Below the pieces are notes generated by a model that did not search any database, was not told the DNA's origin, and worked only from the letters and a program-made list of their open reading frames with translations. From Caulobacteraceae bacterium (GTDB lineage: Bacteria; Pseudomonadota; Alphaproteobacteria; Caulobacterales; Caulobacteraceae), in assembly GCA_049519835.1 (NCBI GenBank), contig JBEKQJ010000003.1, positions 1 through 37,842 of the forward strand: DNA of 37,842 nucleotides, given 5' to 3'. Made by a program: the position numbers and the translations under genes. This document shows positions 1 to 8,820 of this stretch, piece after piece (the stretch's first letter is position 1; each line of letters begins with the position of its first letter).

Positions 1-636
1 GACAAGGGTCGGGTAGGCGAGCACCCGTCGGAGGCGGGAGATCGCAAGATCGTCGTGGCGTTCGGCCATTTCCACTCGCGCCAGCGCGATCTCGGCGCCA
101 GGCAGGTTCGCTTTCAGGCGCAATGCCCGCTCGGCGAACGCGCGCGCCTCAGAAAAACGGCTCGCACGCACGTTGAGGATGGCCAGCAAAGACAGGGGCT
201 CGGCGGCCAGGAGTCTCAGCCGCGCGGCGAACTCGGCGTGTTCGGTGGCTTGTGAAAAGGCGTTCAGATTGAGAAACGCAGCGGCGGCCGACATGCGCGC
301 GGCGTAGGAGTCCGGTTCGAGCCTGACTGCGGCGTTTGCCGCCTCGGCAGCCTCGGCCCCGCGATCCAGGAGGATGAGGCGATCGCTGAACCTGGTCCAG
401 GCTTCCACCTGATCGGGATAGAGGACCGTGGCGCGATGGGCGACGGCGGCGGCGTCCACCAGGCGGCCGTCGCCTTCCAGGCCTTCGCCAACCAGCTTCA
501 GAACAAGCGGCTCCTCGCAGCCCTCTCCATAGGCCTTGATCGCCAGATCGATGGCTCGCGCGCGCCTTTCCGGCCGCGCCGCCTCGAACTCGATCTCGGC
601 CAAAGGCGATGAGGGTCGGCGGTTGAGCCCGCTCAT
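1..636 (-). CDS. TPR-repeat protein, 5' part (runs off the left edge; possibly a TPR-sulfotransferase)
   Basis: Not in the ORF track. ATG at 636, 9 nt after the stop of the upstream gene, with an open frame to base 1: MSGLNRRPSSPLAEIEFEAARPERRARAIDLAIKAY...AEAAEAANAAVRLEPDSYAARMS...EARAFAERALRLKANLPGAEIALARVEMAERHDDLAISRLRRVLAYP. The A..A...A....P periodicity is TPR-like. The C-terminal domain is outside the window. Confidence 0.75.
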   Translation of the reverse strand, partial: MSGLNRRPSSPLAEIEFEAARPERRARAIDLAIKAYGEGCEEPLVLKLVGEGLEGDGRLVDAAAVAHRATVLYPDQVEAWTRFSDRLILLDRGAEAAEAANAAVRLEPDSYAARMSAAAAFLNLNAFSQATEHAEFAARLRLLAAEPLSLLAILNVRASRFSEARAFAERALRLKANLPGAEIALARVEMAERHDDLAISRLRRVLAYPTLV

Positions 637-645
637 GAGAGGCCT

Positions 646-2361
646 CTAGGTCGGAACTATATCAAAGGCGATGGTAAGGCGGTGATCCGAGCCCGAGAAT
701 GGGACGGTGCCGTGCCACATGTAGGACGGAAACAGCGCCAGCAGTCCGGGCTCCGGCTTGACGAAGTGTTCGGGCGGCAGGGGCGGCTCAGTGCGCACGC
801 CCGGTTCGCCGAACTTCAGCCATCCTTCCCGCTCGCGATCCAAGGCCTGAGGCAACACGACATAAAAGGCCGATGACAGCCAGCCGCGCGGGTGCAGGTG
901 TCCGGCGTGGTAGCCGCCCTCGCGCAGACGAACCGACCATTCGCCGTTGAATTTGTAACCACCCGTGATGCGTGACCTCAAGGGATCATCGCCCGGTCCG
1001 AGCGCGGCAATGTAGCGGCTGATCGGCCCATCCATGGCCGCGAAGAACGCCTGAATCGCCGGATCGTCGCTGAGGGTCAGCCTCTGGCTCGTCTGACTGC
1101 CGTGGCGCACGGACTGGCCGACTGGATGCGTGCGAAAGGTGTGTAGGCGACCGAGACCGACGGACAGGTCAGCCAGGAAAGCCTCCAGATTCGGCCAATC
1201 CTTGGGGACATCCATGTGGAAGGTTTTGACGACTGCGTCATAGTCGTAGAGGCGCTCGTATCGAGCATCGCCCAACAATCGCCAGGCCGTGGCCAGAAGA
1301 CCCAGGAAGTGTTGATCGGTGGGATCGGCCTCGTGCATGCGCGCGGCGATCCGCTCCGCGGCCGCCGGCTCACCAGTAGCGAAGTGCGCCTCGCAGAGTG
1401 TGCTCTGGGCCACCGCGTTCTTGGGGATCATGTTCACCGCGAGGAGGGCGTGCCGCAGCGCGCGAGGCGGGTCTTGCCAAAGCGAAAATCGGGCGGCGAT
1501 GACATGCATCATCGGTTCGGCGTCAGCCCTTGAAGCCACGGGCGCGACCGCGGCGTAGGCGCCTTCCAGATCCCCCGCCGCCTGCAGCAATTCGGCCTTC
1601 TTGAGGGCCAAGGCCTGAAGATCGGGAAAGCGGATCCTGGCGAGATCGAGCGCGACAGCCGCCGCCCCAACGTCGTCCGTCCGCATCCAGATCAGTTGGG
1701 CCAGTTCTCCGTGCGCGTCGACGTGGTCCGGCCGCCGCGCGATGACCGCGCGGTAGGCGTCTTCCGCCTCGCCGGCGCGGCCTTGACCCAGGAGGGCGCG
1801 CGCCAGGACAAGCCAGGTCTCCGGCGCGTCGAGTCCCTTGGCGAGCGCCCGCCTTGCGGCCACTTCGCTGTCGGCGAAGCTCTCCAGGTCGCCGAGGACG
1901 CTGGCAAGATTGTGCTCGGCGACTGCGCTCGCGGGTGCGACCGCAGCGGCCCTGGCGTAGGCCGCTCTGGCGTCTTCCAGACGCCCCAAGGCCTTGAGCG
2001 CGGCGCCATAGGCGGAAAGGATATGCAGGTCGGCGCCCGCGCGGATCGCCAACGGCGCAACGGCGGCCAGAGCCTCCTCGGCCCGCCCACGCTCCATCAA
2101 CAGATCGCTCAACGCATAAACGGTCGAACTCGAGCTAGGGTCACAAACCAGAGCGGCGCGGAGGGCGCCCTCGGCGCCGCCGCTATCTCCAAGCGCCTTG
2201 AGGGCGAGCCCCAAGAGCCTGTGACCGTCCGGTAGCTCGGGCTGTTCGGCGACCAAGGCGCGGAAAACGCCGGCGGCCTGGTCAGGCCGCGCAGCGTTCA
2301 AGCGTTCGACACCCGCCCGCAACCGCTCGACCGCGCGGGCGGACGGGAGTTCAACAGCCAT
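646..2361 (-). CDS. TPR-repeat protein with C-terminal putative 2OG-Fe(II) oxygenase domain
   Basis: Many N-terminal TPR-like helices. The C-terminus reads WSVRLREGGYHAGHLHPRGWLSSAFYV...PGLLALFPSYMWHGTVPF...RLTIAFD (HxH...H metal triad plus R-x-T/S 2OG-binding motif). Confidence 0.85.
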   Translation of the reverse strand: MAVELPSARAVERLRAGVERLNAARPDQAAGVFRALVAEQPELPDGHRLLGLALKALGDSGGAEGALRAALVCDPSSSSTVYALSDLLMERGRAEEALAAVAPLAIRAGADLHILSAYGAALKALGRLEDARAAYARAAAVAPASAVAEHNLASVLGDLESFADSEVAARRALAKGLDAPETWLVLARALLGQGRAGEAEDAYRAVIARRPDHVDAHGELAQLIWMRTDDVGAAAVALDLARIRFPDLQALALKKAELLQAAGDLEGAYAAVAPVASRADAEPMMHVIAARFSLWQDPPRALRHALLAVNMIPKNAVAQSTLCEAHFATGEPAAAERIAARMHEADPTDQHFLGLLATAWRLLGDARYERLYDYDAVVKTFHMDVPKDWPNLEAFLADLSVGLGRLHTFRTHPVGQSVRHGSQTSQRLTLSDDPAIQAFFAAMDGPISRYIAALGPGDDPLRSRITGGYKFNGEWSVRLREGGYHAGHLHPRGWLSSAFYVVLPQALDREREGWLKFGEPGVRTEPPLPPEHFVKPEPGLLALFPSYMWHGTVPFSGSDHRLTIAFDIVPT

Positions 2362-2381
2362 TAATTGAAGCCTGTCAGCTA

Positions 2382-5300
2382 TTAGAAATCGGCGGTGAGA
2401 CCGAAAAAGATGTAGCGGCCGAGCGGGTCATAGACCTGCGGGAAGGTGTTACCCGAGCAAACGGTGGCCGGACATTCGTCTGTGCCAATGATGGGTGGGT
2501 TGCGGTCGAAGATATTGTTGACGCCGACCCGGAAGGTGTAGCGGTTCTTGAAGCGATATTGACCCACCAGATCAAACCAATTGTAAGACTCGATCCGGCA
2601 GTCTGCGCACCCGGTCTCGCCTGTATCGAGACTAACCGGACCCGTATAGCGCCAAGCTACCGAAAGTTCGAGGTTGGGCCATGGCGTAGACCAGGTGACA
2701 CGCGTCTTCGATTTCCAACTTGGCAATGGGCCGGATAGCAGATTGCCGTTGCCCTGGTCCGAGGACGCCTGGCACGTCAGGCCGTATTTGCCGACGCACT
2801 CTAGAACCGGAGAGCCGACAATGCCGGTGTAAAACTGATAATCGTGGGTGTAGGTGCCGAGGAAGTTGATGTCGACACTGCCCCAATCCGGCGCGCCGAA
2901 GTCCCTGAAGCTGAATCGGTAGTCGGCGGTGAAGTCGATGCCGGAGGTTTTGATGAAGCCGGAATTCTGCACAACATCGATGACGTAGCCGGACGTAGGT
3001 GCGCCGACGACCGTGGTGCCGAGCCACAGAGAGCCGGTGCTGGCCGCCCGGTGAATGAGATCGCAAAATGACGTATCGCCCGTCGCCGCGCAGGTCGCCA
3101 GAATATTGTCGGCGCCGTAGCTTTGGATAACGTTGGTGATCTTGGTGTTGAAGTAGTCCGCCGACGCCGTGAAACCATGAATGAGGCTGTGCGGCGTGAA
3201 CACGATGCCCAGGGAATAGGTGCCCGCGGTCTCCGGCTTGAGATCAGGGTTGCCGCCGGTCAGCCCATTGTACTGAGCGGCGGGGTTGGCGACGATATGG
3301 CCATATTGAGAGGCCGAAACGCCGGTGTTGGCGCATTGCGCCGGCGAGGGCATGGCTGGCGTGACGGGGCCCGCGCACGGGTCTGAGTTGCCGTCCAACC
3401 CAACCGACTGAGGCGTGAACAGCTCGACCACGTTGGGCGCGCGCACCGTACGATTGTAGCCGCCGCGGATGCGGAAGTCGTCGTTGATCGCCCAGTCGCC
3501 CGAGATCTTATAGGTGGAGGTCGATCCGATGGTGGTATAATTCGAGTAACGGTAGCCAAGCTCGGCGCTCAGATTTTTGAAGAACGGAACATCTTCAATG
3601 AATGGAAGGCGCGCTTCGCCGAACACTTCCTTGACCGCGTACGAACCAGCCACACTGAGTTTCGGGCCGCCCTGTCCGGCCAGGTCGCCTGACGAATATT
3701 CCTCATCGTAAGTGTTCGAGAGCGTTTCACGACGGTATTCTGCGCCAAGGGCGATTCCGATGCCGTCCGAGGCCCAAGGTGACTTGAGGCCATATTGGCC
3801 CAGATCACCCGTAATCGAACCGCTGACCACTTGCTCCGTATCGACGCCCTCTTCCAATCCTGGGGCGCTCAGATAGGCCGTCTGAGCCGCGGTGACACCG
3901 CCCGGAGTCCATATATTGTAAGGGATGCAGCCACCCGAGGGGTTGGCGCAGACGGCCGTCCCGTTCGGGCCAGGGACGGCGTAGAGGGCCTGGGCGAGCT
4001 TGGACTTCGATATGTCGTTCAAGAACGACTCAGTGAGGAGCGATGTCGCGTATTGGGCATAGATATTGTAGCTCCACCCGGAACCGATATCGCCCTTCAT
4101 GCCGATAACGGCGCGATAGTCCGTGTGGCGAAGATCATTGATGCGATCACCGCCTTCGACGTTGCGTCGAAGGAGTACGAGGCTGTTGTTGACCGCCGTG
4201 GAGGTCGGGCCGGTGGGCAAACCATATTGACCGCAGACGGCGTGAAGCTCGTTCGCCGACAGCAGCGGATCATTGCAGGGGATGCTGTAGGTAAAGCCGA
4301 ACACGCCGCTGGGAGCGACTTGGGCCACCGTGCTATCGTCCATGAACATGAAGCTGGCGAAGGTCTGCAACGCCGGACTGATGTCGTAATGGGAGAAAAA
4401 GCCGCCGGTATAGCGCTCATCCGACCGCTGGAAATAGTTCAGCGCCCCATAGTTAAACAGTCCCGTCCCATCGAACGGCTTCAAGTTTCCAGGATTCGCC
4501 GTGTCGAGCGTGTAGACGGGAGCGGACTTGGCTCCCGCCGGAACTGAAAAGTTCGGCCCATAGACAATGAATGTGCCGAGGGCGTCGGTCTCCGAGCCGC
4601 GGCAAACGAACCCGGTGCGGGCCGAATTCAGCGCTTGGGTGCAGGCGCTGTAATCCCGAGTGGCTTGCAGCACAGGGTCGGTGTGCCGATAGTCGAGATA
4701 GGCTTCGACATTGCCCTTGTCGTCCGGAGAATTCGCCCCAAAGATTATGCTGACATCGGCGGTATAGCCGTCAATGACATTGCCGCTGGGCGTCGGAAAG
4801 CCTGCGGCCCGGGTGGCCGCCTGCGACCCCGAACTGTTGTTGTCGTTCTGATTGAAACCGTAGTTGACGTCCAGTTGAAGGCCCTGGAAGTTCTTCTTCA
4901 TCATGATGTTGACCACGCCCGCCACGGCGTCGGCGCCATAGACCGCCGATGCGCCGGCGGTGTCGACCTCGACTCGATCGATCAAAGCCGCAGGTATGAA
5001 GTTGAGATCGGGCACAGGGTCGAGCGGATCGCCGGGCACCAGGCGTTGGCCGTCGATCAGCACCAGGGTCCGCTTTGAGCCGAGGTCGCGCAGCGAGACT
5101 GTGGCGGTTCCCGAGGCGCCATTGGCAAGATAGGCGCCCTGTTCGGCGACGACTTGCGGCAACTGATTGATCAGGTCCTCTACCCGGGTGGCGCCGGACA
5201 GCTGCACCTCCCGATTGCTGACCGTGGTCACCGGCGCGATGCTGGTCAGGTTCTTCTCAGGGATGCGCGATCCGGTGACCACCAACGCCTGCACGGCGGT

Positions 5301-5441
5301 CGCAGGCGGGGCGGCTTGGTCGGCGGGAGCGGCGGGAGCGGCCGTCTGGGCGTGCGCCGCTGTCATGGAAAAGGCCGCCAGGGTGACGCCGGATATCATT
5401 GACGACGCCAGGAGGCGGCTTCGTGCGGACGCGTTGGTCAA
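2382..5441 (-). CDS. TonB-dependent receptor
   Basis: Signal peptide ending AHA-Q, TonB box LVVTGSRI, plug motif RTLVLIDGQR...IPAALIDRVEV...GASAVYGADAVAGVVNI, and C-terminal GVNNIFDRNPP...GRYIFFGLTADF ending in Phe. Start moved to TTG at 5441, which has GGGGGA 7 nt upstream. Confidence 0.95.
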   Translation of the reverse strand: MTNASARSRLLASSMISGVTLAAFSMTAAHAQTAAPAAPADQAAPPATAVQALVVTGSRIPEKNLTSIAPVTTVSNREVQLSGATRVEDLINQLPQVVAEQGAYLANGASGTATVSLRDLGSKRTLVLIDGQRLVPGDPLDPVPDLNFIPAALIDRVEVDTAGASAVYGADAVAGVVNIMMKKNFQGLQLDVNYGFNQNDNNSSGSQAATRAAGFPTPSGNVIDGYTADVSIIFGANSPDDKGNVEAYLDYRHTDPVLQATRDYSACTQALNSARTGFVCRGSETDALGTFIVYGPNFSVPAGAKSAPVYTLDTANPGNLKPFDGTGLFNYGALNYFQRSDERYTGGFFSHYDISPALQTFASFMFMDDSTVAQVAPSGVFGFTYSIPCNDPLLSANELHAVCGQYGLPTGPTSTAVNNSLVLLRRNVEGGDRINDLRHTDYRAVIGMKGDIGSGWSYNIYAQYATSLLTESFLNDISKSKLAQALYAVPGPNGTAVCANPSGGCIPYNIWTPGGVTAAQTAYLSAPGLEEGVDTEQVVSGSITGDLGQYGLKSPWASDGIGIALGAEYRRETLSNTYDEEYSSGDLAGQGGPKLSVAGSYAVKEVFGEARLPFIEDVPFFKNLSAELGYRYSNYTTIGSTSTYKISGDWAINDDFRIRGGYNRTVRAPNVVELFTPQSVGLDGNSDPCAGPVTPAMPSPAQCANTGVSASQYGHIVANPAAQYNGLTGGNPDLKPETAGTYSLGIVFTPHSLIHGFTASADYFNTKITNVIQSYGADNILATCAATGDTSFCDLIHRAASTGSLWLGTTVVGAPTSGYVIDVVQNSGFIKTSGIDFTADYRFSFRDFGAPDWGSVDINFLGTYTHDYQFYTGIVGSPVLECVGKYGLTCQASSDQGNGNLLSGPLPSWKSKTRVTWSTPWPNLELSVAWRYTGPVSLDTGETGCADCRIESYNWFDLVGQYRFKNRYTFRVGVNNIFDRNPPIIGTDECPATVCSGNTFPQVYDPLGRYIFFGLTADF

Positions 5442-5545
5442 ATCTGGATCCCCCAAACAGGCAGAGTCTTTTCATGCGGCGTGTCCGCTCAAAATGAACG
5501 GCAATCTCCATTTGGAGCCGCCAGTAACCTGCTTGCTACGCCCTT

Positions 5546-5640
5546 ATGTTGCAACTATTCAACATGGTTGAGATCTCTATTGATTAACTCCGGCCAATTA
5601 TTACAACAAACGGAAAAATATCGACGAGACGAATAGTTGC
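5546..5640. promoter_or_regulatory. Inverted repeats in the AT-rich region upstream of the TonB receptor
   Basis: ATGTTG-N8-CAACAT (5546-5565), plus a perfect 10-bp inverted pair GCAACTATTC (5551-5560) / GAATAGTTGC (5631-5640). The binding factor is unknown. Confidence 0.4.
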
Positions 5641-5919
5641 GCTCTGCACGCGGGCTGGAACGCCAGGGTTGCTTGGGGGTGTTGACCGCCGGCTACGTCG
5701 TTCGCCGCGCCGGCTGGCGGGACCAAAGAGGTCGTCGACTGGAGCGCCGCCATGCTCCAAGCCGCAGCCGCCCCGACTGAATTCGAGCTTCAAGGTCGCG
5801 GCGGACCGGACACGCCAAGCCACCGCGGCCGCATCAACCCTAGCGGGCGAATGCGGCAATCGAAATCGAACTGGCGGCTGGCGCGCGCAAAAGCGCAACG
5901 GAACCTTTGATAAGCCCAG

Positions 5920-6120
5920 CTATTGGCCGCGCGTGCGCGACCACTGGCTGCGCGCGGCGGCGTCGCTTTGACGCCGCGGAGCCGGCGACGCCCATGGGCG
6001 GGCGTAGCTGATCCTGACGTAGGCCTCGGAGGCGGTCTGCAAGCTCGTATATATGGCCGAAAGCGCGCGCGCCAAGCCGCGGGGGCGAGGCGGTTCGTGG
6101 TTTGCGAAGGCGGTTTGCAT
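5920..6120 (-). CDS. small hypothetical protein divergent from LysR
   Basis: ATG preceded by purine-rich GAGAAAG. The 66-aa product has an amphipathic helix (LARALSAIYTSLQTASEAYVRISY) ending in ARPW, and it lies divergent from a LysR gene across a LysR box. Confidence 0.55.
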   Translation of the reverse strand: MQTAFANHEPPRPRGLARALSAIYTSLQTASEAYVRISYARPWASPAPRRQSDAAARSQWSRTRGQ

Positions 6121-6196
6121 GGTGCTTTCTCATTGTTTGCGACCACCGTCAGATAGGCGCGCGGCGACGGGCCCGCCAACCAATAGATCGACACAG

Positions 6197-6217
6197 GTCA
6201 TTAGTTGTGATTATGAC
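6197..6217. promoter_or_regulatory. LysR recognition site (T-N11-A with dyad symmetry)
   Basis: GTCAT-tagttgtgatt-ATGAC: perfect 5-bp arms with T6201-N11-A6213, 6 nt before the LysR ATG. Confidence 0.75.
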
Positions 6218-6223
6218 TAGACG

Positions 6224-7123
6224 ATGCGATCCCTACCGCCGCTCGCCGCTGTCCGGGTGTTCGAAGCGGCCGCCCGCCACGAGAATTTCACCACCGCCGC
6301 GCGGGAACTGGGCATGACCCAGGCGGCGGTCAGCCATCAGATCCGTTTGATCGAGGCGAGCGCCGGGCAGCAGTTGTTCCGTCGGGAGCGCCAACGGGTG
6401 TTCCTGACCGACGCCGCGCGCAGCGCCGCCGCCGACATCACCAAGGGCCTGGATACGATCGAGGCGGCTTTCGTCAGGCTGCGCAGCGAAGACGGCGCGA
6501 CGCTGACCATCTCGACGACGCAGACCTTCGCCAACACCTGGCTGGCCTGGCGGCTCGGCCGCTTCCAGATGAGCCACCCGAAGATCGCCGTCCGCCTGTC
6601 GGTGGCCGATACGCTGTCGGATTTCGTGAGCGACGGCATCGACGTGGCGATCCGGTCGGGCGCGGGCTCCTGGCCGGGCCTCGAGGCGCACCAGTTGCTG
6701 GTGCAGGATTTCACGCCCATGTGCAGTCCGGCCTTCCTTTCGGCTCAGGACGGCCGCATCGAGCCAGCGGACCTCATGAAAATCCCGCTAATCAGCCCCG
6801 ACGATCCCTCCTGGGCGCGCTGGCTAAATGACGCCGGCTTGTCGGCGGCTGCGGAGCGGCCGCTCCCCGGGGTGCGATTGGATTCCCAGGCAAACGAAGG
6901 TCATGCGGCGATGGCAGGGCAGGGCGTCGCCATGTTGACCCCGTTCTTCTGGCGCCAGGACATGGCCGAGAACCGCCTCGTGCAACTGTTTCCCCAGGTC
7001 TCGACCCTCGGCGTCGCCTATTGGATCGTCTATCCGGAGCATCGACGGCTGACGCCCAAGATCAAGCACTTCCGGGAATGGATGCTGGCGGAAATCGGCA
7101 AATCCTGGGGCCCGGCGGGTTAG
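6224..7123 (+). CDS. LysR-family transcriptional regulator, GcvA-like
   Basis: LPPLAAVRVFEAAARHENFTTAARELGMTQAAVSHQIR HTH, followed by a substrate-binding domain with DVAIRSG.GSWPGL and AMAGQGVA; 299 aa. Confidence 0.95.
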   Translation: MRSLPPLAAVRVFEAAARHENFTTAARELGMTQAAVSHQIRLIEASAGQQLFRRERQRVFLTDAARSAAADITKGLDTIEAAFVRLRSEDGATLTISTTQTFANTWLAWRLGRFQMSHPKIAVRLSVADTLSDFVSDGIDVAIRSGAGSWPGLEAHQLLVQDFTPMCSPAFLSAQDGRIEPADLMKIPLISPDDPSWARWLNDAGLSAAAERPLPGVRLDSQANEGHAAMAGQGVAMLTPFFWRQDMAENRLVQLFPQVSTLGVAYWIVYPEHRRLTPKIKHFREWMLAEIGKSWGPAG

Positions 7124-7222
7124 CTGACAGCCTGATCCCGACATGCCCCGTTCGGGGCATGCGCCGCCTTCGCTTCCCATGCCAGCGTCCGCTAGCGGCG
7201 CGTGACGAGCTGGGAGCGGCGG

Positions 7223-8608
7223 ATGAGCGAGACCTTCACCTACACCGGCACAATCGAGCATGTGACGGTCGCGGCCAGCGGAACCTACACCATCGATGTT
7301 GACGGCGCGCAGGGCGGCCAGAGCACGTTCGCCGGCGAGAATGGCGGCCTGGGTGCGGCAGTCGGCGGCGACATCTTTCTGGCCGCCGGCACGCAGCTCG
7401 AGATCGTGGTCGGCGGCGACGGCTACAGCGACATCTGGGGCGGTGGGGGCGGCGGGGCCAGCTACGTCATCGAGACCTTCAACGGCACGTCGAGCGTCGA
7501 CACGATCCTGGCCATCGCCGGCGGCGGTGGTGGCGGCGGCGTCTCCGGGGTTGGCGGCGGCGGCATCGCCGGCCCGAACGGTGACGACGGGGCCGGCGCA
7601 AGCGGCGGCCTCGCCGATGACAACGGCCTCAACGGGGCCGGCGAGGGCGGCGGCAACTCCGGCGGCGGTGGCGGCGGATTCACCGGCGGCGGCGGCGCCC
7701 CCAACATTGGCGAAAGCGGTCTGGACGGTGGCCACACCGGCGTCACCTTTCTCGGCGGAGACTCGACAGATCCAGGCGGCGGCGGATTCGGCGGCGGCGG
7801 CGCGGGCGGCGGCTATGGCGGCACCGGCTTCCACGGCGGCGGCGGCGGTGGCGGCGGCCTTGGCGGCGGCGGCGGGGGGACCAACAGCGGCGGCGGTGGC
7901 GGCGGCTCCTATCTGGCCAGCGGCTTCACGCACACGTTCGGGGCCGACGGCGATTCAAGCGAGGGCCATGCGGGCAACGGCGAAATCACCATCACACCGC
8001 CCGTCTGCTTCTGCTCGGGGACGCTGATCCGCACCACGCGGGGCGAGGTGGCGGTCGAGGACCTGACGGTCGGCGACCTGGCGGTGACGGCTTCGGGCGA
8101 GGCGCGTCCGATCATCTGGATCGGCCACAAGCGGATCTTGCGGCCGAGCCGCGTTGAGCAGCCGGTGCGGGTGGCGCCGGACGCCATTGGTGAGGGCCTA
8201 CCGGCGCGGCGTCTGCGGCTCTCACCTGGCCATGCGGTGTGCCTGAGCTTCGTCGAAGAGGTGTTCGTTCCGGTGAGCGAGCTGATCAACGACGCCACGA
8301 TTGTCCGCGAGGCGGTGGGCGAGGTCACCTACTGGCACGTGGAGCTGGAGACTCACGACGTGCTGCTGGCCGAAGGCCTGCCCTGCGAGAGCTACATGGA
8401 CGCCGGCAACCGCGCCTTCTTCGGCCGCCAGTACGGCCGCCTGGAAACGATCGATGCGGAACGCGTCGCCGAAAGCCTGACCCGCTACGCCCGGCCGTTC
8501 GTGATCGATGAAGCCACAACCGCCGCCATGCGCCGTCGCCTCGAAAAAAGGGCGGAAAGGCTCGCAGCATCGTCTTCTACGAGGGCCTCGAGGCGCGAAG
8601 CGTCCTGA
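7223..8608 (+). CDS. glycine-rich (ALK/LTK-like) domain fused to a Hint (bacterial intein-like) domain
   Basis: ATG 7223 with GGGAG upstream. N-terminus TFTYTG...GTYTI...GAQGG...GGLGA...LEIVVGG.G...GGGGGASYV...LAIAGGGGGGG with poly-Gly tracts. Then VCFCSGTLIRTTRGEVAVEDLTVGD...LRLSPGHAV...YWHVELETHDVLLAEGLPCESYMDAGNR (Hint_2 type). Confidence 0.85.
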   Translation: MSETFTYTGTIEHVTVAASGTYTIDVDGAQGGQSTFAGENGGLGAAVGGDIFLAAGTQLEIVVGGDGYSDIWGGGGGGASYVIETFNGTSSVDTILAIAGGGGGGGVSGVGGGGIAGPNGDDGAGASGGLADDNGLNGAGEGGGNSGGGGGGFTGGGGAPNIGESGLDGGHTGVTFLGGDSTDPGGGGFGGGGAGGGYGGTGFHGGGGGGGGLGGGGGGTNSGGGGGGSYLASGFTHTFGADGDSSEGHAGNGEITITPPVCFCSGTLIRTTRGEVAVEDLTVGDLAVTASGEARPIIWIGHKRILRPSRVEQPVRVAPDAIGEGLPARRLRLSPGHAVCLSFVEEVFVPVSELINDATIVREAVGEVTYWHVELETHDVLLAEGLPCESYMDAGNRAFFGRQYGRLETIDAERVAESLTRYARPFVIDEATTAAMRRRLEKRAERLAASSSTRASRREAS

Positions 8609-8776
8609 GGGCGACTAGATGACCGCTGGACGGACGGCTCGGTCGAGCTCCCCGCCCAGATGTGGTCAGCCTGCGACGGTCTCGTCGTCCTCGCCTGCGC
8701 CCTCGATCCCCAAGCCGGGTGGGCATGGCGTGGGCCGAAGGTCATCGCAAGACCGCAACTGCGCGCGGTGGCCTGA
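8609..8776 (+). pseudogene. orphaned C-terminal fragment of the Hint protein, in frame after its stop
   Basis: After TGA 8606-8608 the same frame continues GRLDDRWTDGSVELPAQMWSACDGLVVLACALDPQAGWAWRGPKVIARPQLRAVA*. RWTDG...LP...W..C.G resembles the tail of alphaproteobacterial Hint proteins as I recall them. Confidence 0.55.
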
Positions 8777-8820
8777 GCGTCCGAGCGTCGGCGCTTGCGC
8801 GCCGGGCTGATCGGCCGGCC

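Noticed and set aside
5584-5600. TTAA-containing stretch as a CtrA box
   Set aside because: The second half-site of TTAA-N7-TTAA is absent.
5900-5924. Third GGAAC-N18-TT motif on the plus strand
   Set aside because: It points antisense into the small ORF with no nearby downstream gene, and such a short motif can occur by chance. Not called without TSS data.
7440-7910. Dense GGC/GGT runs as a microsatellite or CRISPR-like array
   Set aside because: They are in-frame poly-Gly codons of the Hint protein, with no constant repeat-spacer period.
8003-8420. Hint domain as a mobile intein
   Set aside because: There is no homing endonuclease, no His-Asn/Cys-Ser-Thr splice junction and no conserved host gene. 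It fits a bacterial intein-like domain.
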